From a virus (taxonomy: Duplodnaviria > Caudoviricetes): a stretch of DNA of 33,483 bases. The position numbers and the translations under genes were made by a program. This document shows, piece after piece, positions 29,320-33,483 of this stretch. The DNA is taken from positions 1 through 33,483 of the IMG/VR virus record IMGVR_UViG_3300027887_000034; one strand, written 5' to 3'. Each line of letters begins with the position of its first letter. The first letter of the stretch is position 1. The notes beneath the pieces are model-generated. The model had not been told where the DNA came from and did not search any database. It saw nothing but the letters and a program-made list of their open reading frames with translations.

Positions 29320-30102
29320 TTACTCACTGTCTGTGGTCATAGACACCACACATACAGTGTCACTATCTTTCGATTTGAATACTAAGCGATCTTCGCCGAG
29401 TTCCACATCATAATTTTCAATGTCTACATTTGAATATTGATCCTTATATACATTTATAGATGCATCTTTTAAATCTTTTTTCTCTTCTATTAAATACTCA
29501 AATACTTTACCAGATACATAAACGGTATTTTCAGCAAACTTAAATTCTATGAATTTGTGTTCATTATCCAATGCACATAATGAATTTATTTTATCAAGAT
29601 GTGCCTTTGTCAATTCAAATGTGCCAATTGCATCCATTTGAGCAATTTGTGTTTTAAATAAATCATCTGTGATGTATTTAAAAATATTAAGAGATGTGCA
29701 GTCTACACTCATTTTAAGATTCTTATTCTTTAAAAGAAGTGTTTCACCTGCATACTGAGTAGATTCTTCACTTACAAGATCTGAATAATTTACTATAAAT
29801 GTAAATTCCATATCACTAAATTGATCAATTATTTTAATCAATCTTGGGATATTAAATATACCAACCTTAATTCTTTTAGGTTCTTTAGATACCTTTGTAG
29901 TTAAACCTGCATCATCAAACTTTATCTCACTCATTTTGACTACACTTCTCTCTTCATTATATGCCTTAGCGATGAATTTAGATGTTTTTTCATCAATCTC
30001 TAACAATAATGAATTGTCTATGGAAGCGAATCTTCTGAGCCAATTTGAAAATGCTTTTACATTTTTCGCTGTAAATTCAATCGTCTTTTTAGTAGATGTC
30101 AT
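29320..30102 (-). CDS. Sliding clamp (T4 gp45-like)
   Basis: 260 aa, acidic; LRRFASIDNSLLL resembles the gp45 N-terminus; GIFNIPRLIKII; located near the polymerase. Confidence 0.7.
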   Translation of the reverse strand: MTSTKKTIEFTAKNVKAFSNWLRRFASIDNSLLLEIDEKTSKFIAKAYNEERSVVKMSEIKFDDAGLTTKVSKEPKRIKVGIFNIPRLIKIIDQFSDMEFTFIVNYSDLVSEESTQYAGETLLLKNKNLKMSVDCTSLNIFKYITDDLFKTQIAQMDAIGTFELTKAHLDKINSLCALDNEHKFIEFKFAENTVYVSGKVFEYLIEEKKDLKDASINVYKDQYSNVDIENYDVELGEDRLVFKSKDSDTVCVVSMTTDSE

Positions 30103-30133
30103 AATTTTATGTGTTTAGTAATTCTATTTTGTA

Positions 30134-30162
30134 ATTTTATAAAAGAAATGGAGTAAAGTTTT
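30134..30162 (-). promoter_or_regulatory. Bipartite promoter AAAACTTT-N13-TATAAAAT (replication-gene class)
   Basis: Same spacing at 10243-10271, 16012-16042, 20921-20949, 22539-22567, 25576-25605. Confidence 0.7.
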
Positions 30163-30210
30163 AAGTTTACTCTATTTTAATTATTCTTTAACAACTATTA
30201 TAGTTTATTA

Positions 30211-30654
30211 TTATTTTTCATCATCTGTTTTACACATATCACCATTATGAGAATTTTTTGTATTGTATTTAACATAATCTTCTGTACTTAAATATCTATT
30301 GTAATAGTGTGTATCGATTAGTTTTCTGTATTCTTGTTTAGATATTCCTAAATGTTTTCTTATTTTATTATATCGTTGAGATTTTTTTAACCAAGCATAA
30401 TATATAAAAATACCAAGAAATGCTAAAATAAACATATAAGAAAAACTAGGAATAAGTTTGTAAATTCCTCTAGCATGAACACTATGTAAAATTACCTCTG
30501 TTATAAAAGGTGCCATCAATAAAAATGCGATTATCATAATAACCAATAAATTATTATGCGCACTATGGATAGAGATGTGCTTTATAAAAAACATTTCTGC
30601 TGGTGATGGAGGAAATTTTCTATATGCAGCTTCAAATTCTTGTTTACTGATCAT
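30211..30654 (-). CDS. Membrane protein with two hydrophobic segments
   Basis: LLVIMIIAFLLMAPFI and FSYMFILAFLGIFIYYAW. Confidence 0.65.
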   Translation of the reverse strand: MISKQEFEAAYRKFPPSPAEMFFIKHISIHSAHNNLLVIMIIAFLLMAPFITEVILHSVHARGIYKLIPSFSYMFILAFLGIFIYYAWLKKSQRYNKIRKHLGISKQEYRKLIDTHYYNRYLSTEDYVKYNTKNSHNGDMCKTDDEK

Positions 30655-30684
30655 TTAACAAACTTATTTAACACATTTATATAT

Positions 30685-31992
30685 TTATTCATCCTCATCT
30701 ATTTCAATTTCAACTTTTTCATCATAAACATCTTGCCCGTCCCATACAGTGACATCATCTATTATTTCGATGTCATTTGTTTCAAATAAATTGACTACAT
30801 TTGTTTTATGACCAACACCTCGTGCCAATGTATGATCATCATATGATTCAAATGCTTTCTTGGCTTCTTTAAGTTCTTTTTCTTTATCTTTTAATTCTGT
30901 TGTAAGTCTTTTTATTTCCTGCTTTGTGAATTCTAATTCATCAACAGTGAATTTACGAGCAGTCATTCTCTCAAGTCTTTCACAAATCTCTTTATCATAA
31001 TCTTTTAACCATACGGTAATTTCATCATTGGTTCTTTTCTTAGCCAGTATAAAAGATATGAATAATTCTTTGTCATGATTAAATCTCAATTCAAAATCTA
31101 ATTTATTTCTTTCATATTGAGTATTTTGCAGCTTTAATCTAACTACCTGCCATTTGTAATCTTCAAGATACTGTTCAATAGAATCATAAGTAAGAACCTG
31201 TCCATCTTTTATAAATACAGGATTTTCTGTTACAATGATAGAGAATGCTTTATGAACAAATTTCAATACTTCTTCCCATTCTTCTTTGCTTTTTCCTGTA
31301 TAAATTATATCAACAGTTACCTTTGTATTTGAATTATCAATTATTCGAATGTTGCTCTCATACTTACTTATGAGATGATCCAATTTTCTAATAGCACTTT
31401 CATACTTAAGAACCGGTGGTATTTCTCTTACCATTATTTTCTTGCCATCAATGTTTATATTTGACGATATGATCCACGCTTTATCAACACCTTTATATTT
31501 TTCAATATTGCCATTGAATCCTTCAAAATATGGTTTAACACTTTTACGTTTGCCTTCAAGAAAATCTTGTATGTCTTTTAACTTTCTTGGAAGTATAGTT
31601 GTTTTATATCCTACTGCTATGCCAACTATTGGTGTCACTAAACCTAATGGAATATCCATCCAGAATGGATAATATGGTCCATCTATTTCTCTTGTAGTGA
31701 GATATGAGTATTTATTGAGGATATCATTAGCTGCACTTGAAAGTTTAACAGAAGTGTATCTAGCAGCTGCTGGTGAAGGAGAAACTTCGGATCCAAAGAA
31801 ACCATAGCCTTCAAGAATCTGTAGAGCATTTCCAAATGGACGAGTAAGTTTATTTACTGCTCCCGTTAAAGAACTATTATGTGTAATTATATTAGAATTA
31901 CATATAGAAAAATTATGATAATCATCCACAGTTATATCATAAAATTTTATAGGGGTATTAGATTTAATTACTTTTATTGATTTTATTTTCAT
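30685..31992 (-). CDS. Split-intein C-half (39 aa) fused to the C-terminal part of a topoisomerase II gp52/GyrA-type subunit
   Basis: YDITVDDYHNF...ITHN/S intein end; AAARYT catalytic Tyr; GIAVGY. Confidence 0.9.
   Translation of the reverse strand: MKIKSIKVIKSNTPIKFYDITVDDYHNFSICNSNIITHNSSLTGAVNKLTRPFGNALQILEGYGFFGSEVSPSPAAARYTSVKLSSAANDILNKYSYLTTREIDGPYYPFWMDIPLGLVTPIVGIAVGYKTTILPRKLKDIQDFLEGKRKSVKPYFEGFNGNIEKYKGVDKAWIISSNINIDGKKIMVREIPPVLKYESAIRKLDHLISKYESNIRIIDNSNTKVTVDIIYTGKSKEEWEEVLKFVHKAFSIIVTENPVFIKDGQVLTYDSIEQYLEDYKWQVVRLKLQNTQYERNKLDFELRFNHDKELFISFILAKKRTNDEITVWLKDYDKEICERLERMTARKFTVDELEFTKQEIKRLTTELKDKEKELKEAKKAFESYDDHTLARGVGHKTNVVNLFETNDIEIIDDVTVWDGQDVYDEKVEIEIDEDE
31876..31992 (-). 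mobile_element. Split intein C-fragment
   Basis: MKIKSIK...FYDITV..HNF...THN followed by Ser(+1). Confidence 0.9.
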
Positions 31993-32722
31993 TTATAAAA
32001 TTATTATAATCATTTAATAGTTTTTGCAAAGTAATAGAACATGCACTATTTTTTGAACAATTTTTAGAAATAGTTAATAATTGTATATTTACAATTGATC
32101 CTATTATTTCAGGAGTTATTTTGTGTTTAAATCCTTCGAATATAGAATATTTATGATCAATTGCTAATTTTTCTTTGTAAATTTTTTCTTTATTGTATTT
32201 TTTACATAATGTTAATAATTTATTTTTATATTTTTTAATATTGTTCATACTTATTTGCCAAACATTATATCTATAAATTTCAAATTCTGTTAACTCTTTA
32301 ATGGGCGTCCATAATCCTTTTTCAACAAATGTATTTCTTATTTTCTTTTTTATTAAAACAGATTGTGATGGATTTTCTACTCCCAAATTTTTTATATGTG
32401 TTTGTTTACATTTTTCTTTAACATTTTGTCTTTGCCAAACATTAATTATTCCTTCTTCATCGAATAATTTTTCTTCCCATTTTTTTCTAGAAGTTGAATG
32501 TTTTGAAAAATTGTGATCAGTCCCGCAAGTTTTTCTCCAACTTTGTTTTCTTAATTCATATGCGCATTCTTTACTACAAGTTCTAGCTTGTACGAATATT
32601 TCTTTTTCGCAAATTTCACATTTTTTATGATATTTTCTACATACATTACAATATTCACTATCTTTATATTTTTTTGTAGAATAAAATTTACATCCACAGT
32701 GTTTACAAATTCTTTTATCCAT
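31964..32722 (-). CDS. Free-standing HNH-like endonuclease between the intein halves
   Basis: N-terminal Cys fingers; AIDHKYS...NIQLLTISKNCSK. Confidence 0.75.
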   Translation of the reverse strand: MDKRICKHCGCKFYSTKKYKDSEYCNVCRKYHKKCEICEKEIFVQARTCSKECAYELRKQSWRKTCGTDHNFSKHSTSRKKWEEKLFDEEGIINVWQRQNVKEKCKQTHIKNLGVENPSQSVLIKKKIRNTFVEKGLWTPIKELTEFEIYRYNVWQISMNNIKKYKNKLLTLCKKYNKEKIYKEKLAIDHKYSIFEGFKHKITPEIIGSIVNIQLLTISKNCSKNSACSITLQKLLNDYNNFINENKINKSN

Positions 32723-32770
32723 GATGATATCCTTTTTTATGTATATATTATCAAGGATTTATAAAAAATT

Positions 32771-33070
32771 TTAACTTAATGTATAAATATCATCATCTTT
32801 ATTAAGATCTTCTGCTTTAATCCATTTTCCATTTACATAAAATGGATGATTCTTAGTACATTTTATAATCTCTCCGCTTTCTAATTCTATTTCAAGATAT
32901 TCATCAGTTTCTTGTCCTATTCTTGGCGAATGTGCCAACCCTATTACTTCATTTTCATTTTCATCAATGGATTTTACCATTAAAATAGCATCTGGATATT
33001 CTTCAAACCATTTTTCAATAGTTATTTGCGTTCCATCTGCAAGATTTATTTTTGTATTTCCAAAAATACA
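32771..33070 (-). mobile_element. Split intein N-fragment (99 aa)
   Basis: CIFGNTKINLADG block A; CTKNHPF block B (TxxH); WIKAEDL; then stop. Confidence 0.9.
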
Positions 33071-33319
33071 ATCTCCATGATGATAACCATCTTGAATGCA
33101 TTTTCCAACAACTGTTAAAGTTTTGTTAAAAGATGATGGCGAATTTTTTAGAATGTATCTTTGAACCGGAGTCAAAGCATCATAAAAACTAGGAATGCCT
33201 CTTGACTCAAGAACATACACTGCATAATCTCTAAATTTAACATCTATAAATTTAGAAATCGGGAGCTTTAATATCTTTTCTTTTACTTTTGGTTTTGTTA
33301 AATCTTTTGCTTTTCTCAT
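32771..33319 (-). CDS. Topoisomerase II gp52/GyrA-type N-terminal part (83 aa) fused to split-intein N-half
   Basis: YAVYVLESRGIPSFYDALTPVQR and YHHGD, then the intein Cys1. Confidence 0.9.
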   Translation of the reverse strand: MRKAKDLTKPKVKEKILKLPISKFIDVKFRDYAVYVLESRGIPSFYDALTPVQRYILKNSPSSFNKTLTVVGKCIQDGYHHGDCIFGNTKINLADGTQITIEKWFEEYPDAILMVKSIDENENEVIGLAHSPRIGQETDEYLEIELESGEIIKCTKNHPFYVNGKWIKAEDLNKDDDIYTLS

Positions 33320-33483
33320 TCTTCAGCCTTTTTATATCTTACTTTATTAACACGTTTCTCATGTTGTTCCCAATCTACACTAGTCATTTCAAGTATTTCT
33401 TTTTCTACTTTATTGGCAAAATCATGCGCCTGCTGGTTTTTCTTTCCATGAATTCTTTGCCTATAATCAGGATGAGGATACCC
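33316..33483 (-). CDS. Partial hypothetical protein (3' end only)
   Basis: Open frame ...EFMEENQQAHDFANKVEKEILEMTSVDWEQHEKRVNKVRYKKAEE*; ATGA overlap with the topoisomerase gene. Confidence 0.6.
   Translation of the reverse strand, partial: GYPHPDYRQRIHGKKNQQAHDFANKVEKEILEMTSVDWEQHEKRVNKVRYKKAEE

Noticed and set aside
420-32516. Short plus-strand and nested alternative-frame ORFs in the track
   Set aside because: They are shadows of longer, motif-bearing minus-strand genes with no recognisable features of their own.
31993-32770. Group I intron interrupting the topoisomerase
   Set aside because: There is too little non-coding sequence for a ribozyme core, and both flanks carry complete split-intein halves with their own stop and start.
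1-33483. tRNA/rRNA genes, reverse transcriptase or DGR
   Set aside because: Intergenic gaps are short and AT-rich; I saw no cloverleaf, RT motifs or template/variable repeat pair by eye.

Overview
An AT-rich segment, almost all on the minus strand, from a large T4-like (jumbo) myophage genome using the standard genetic code. It holds a tail-completion gene (gp15-like), a DinG/XPD helicase and a T4-type replication/recombination block: gp46/gp47, gp41 helicase, UvsX, the C-terminal half of a split family-B polymerase, and a gp45-like clamp. A gp52/GyrA-type topoisomerase subunit is fractured into two genes by a naturally split intein with a free-standing HNH gene in the gap. Five homing-endonuclease-like genes are present in total. 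The most striking unexplained feature is a 16-residue tag, EKFEEESDPIxDMGIG, found 13 times in 8 ORFs. It always follows a T4 capsid-targeting-like leader or a prohead-protease-like [ILV]-x-E site, and precedes unrelated cargo domains (ankyrin, LRR-like, Zn finger and others). It also recurs inside polyproteins, suggesting a modular tagged-cargo virion packaging/delivery system. Other observations: two promoter classes, hairpins that occlude endonuclease start sites, a displaced duplicate helicase N-terminus, and a gene framed by a perfect 14-bp inverted repeat with a structured 5' leader. All calls come from reading motifs; no searches were run.
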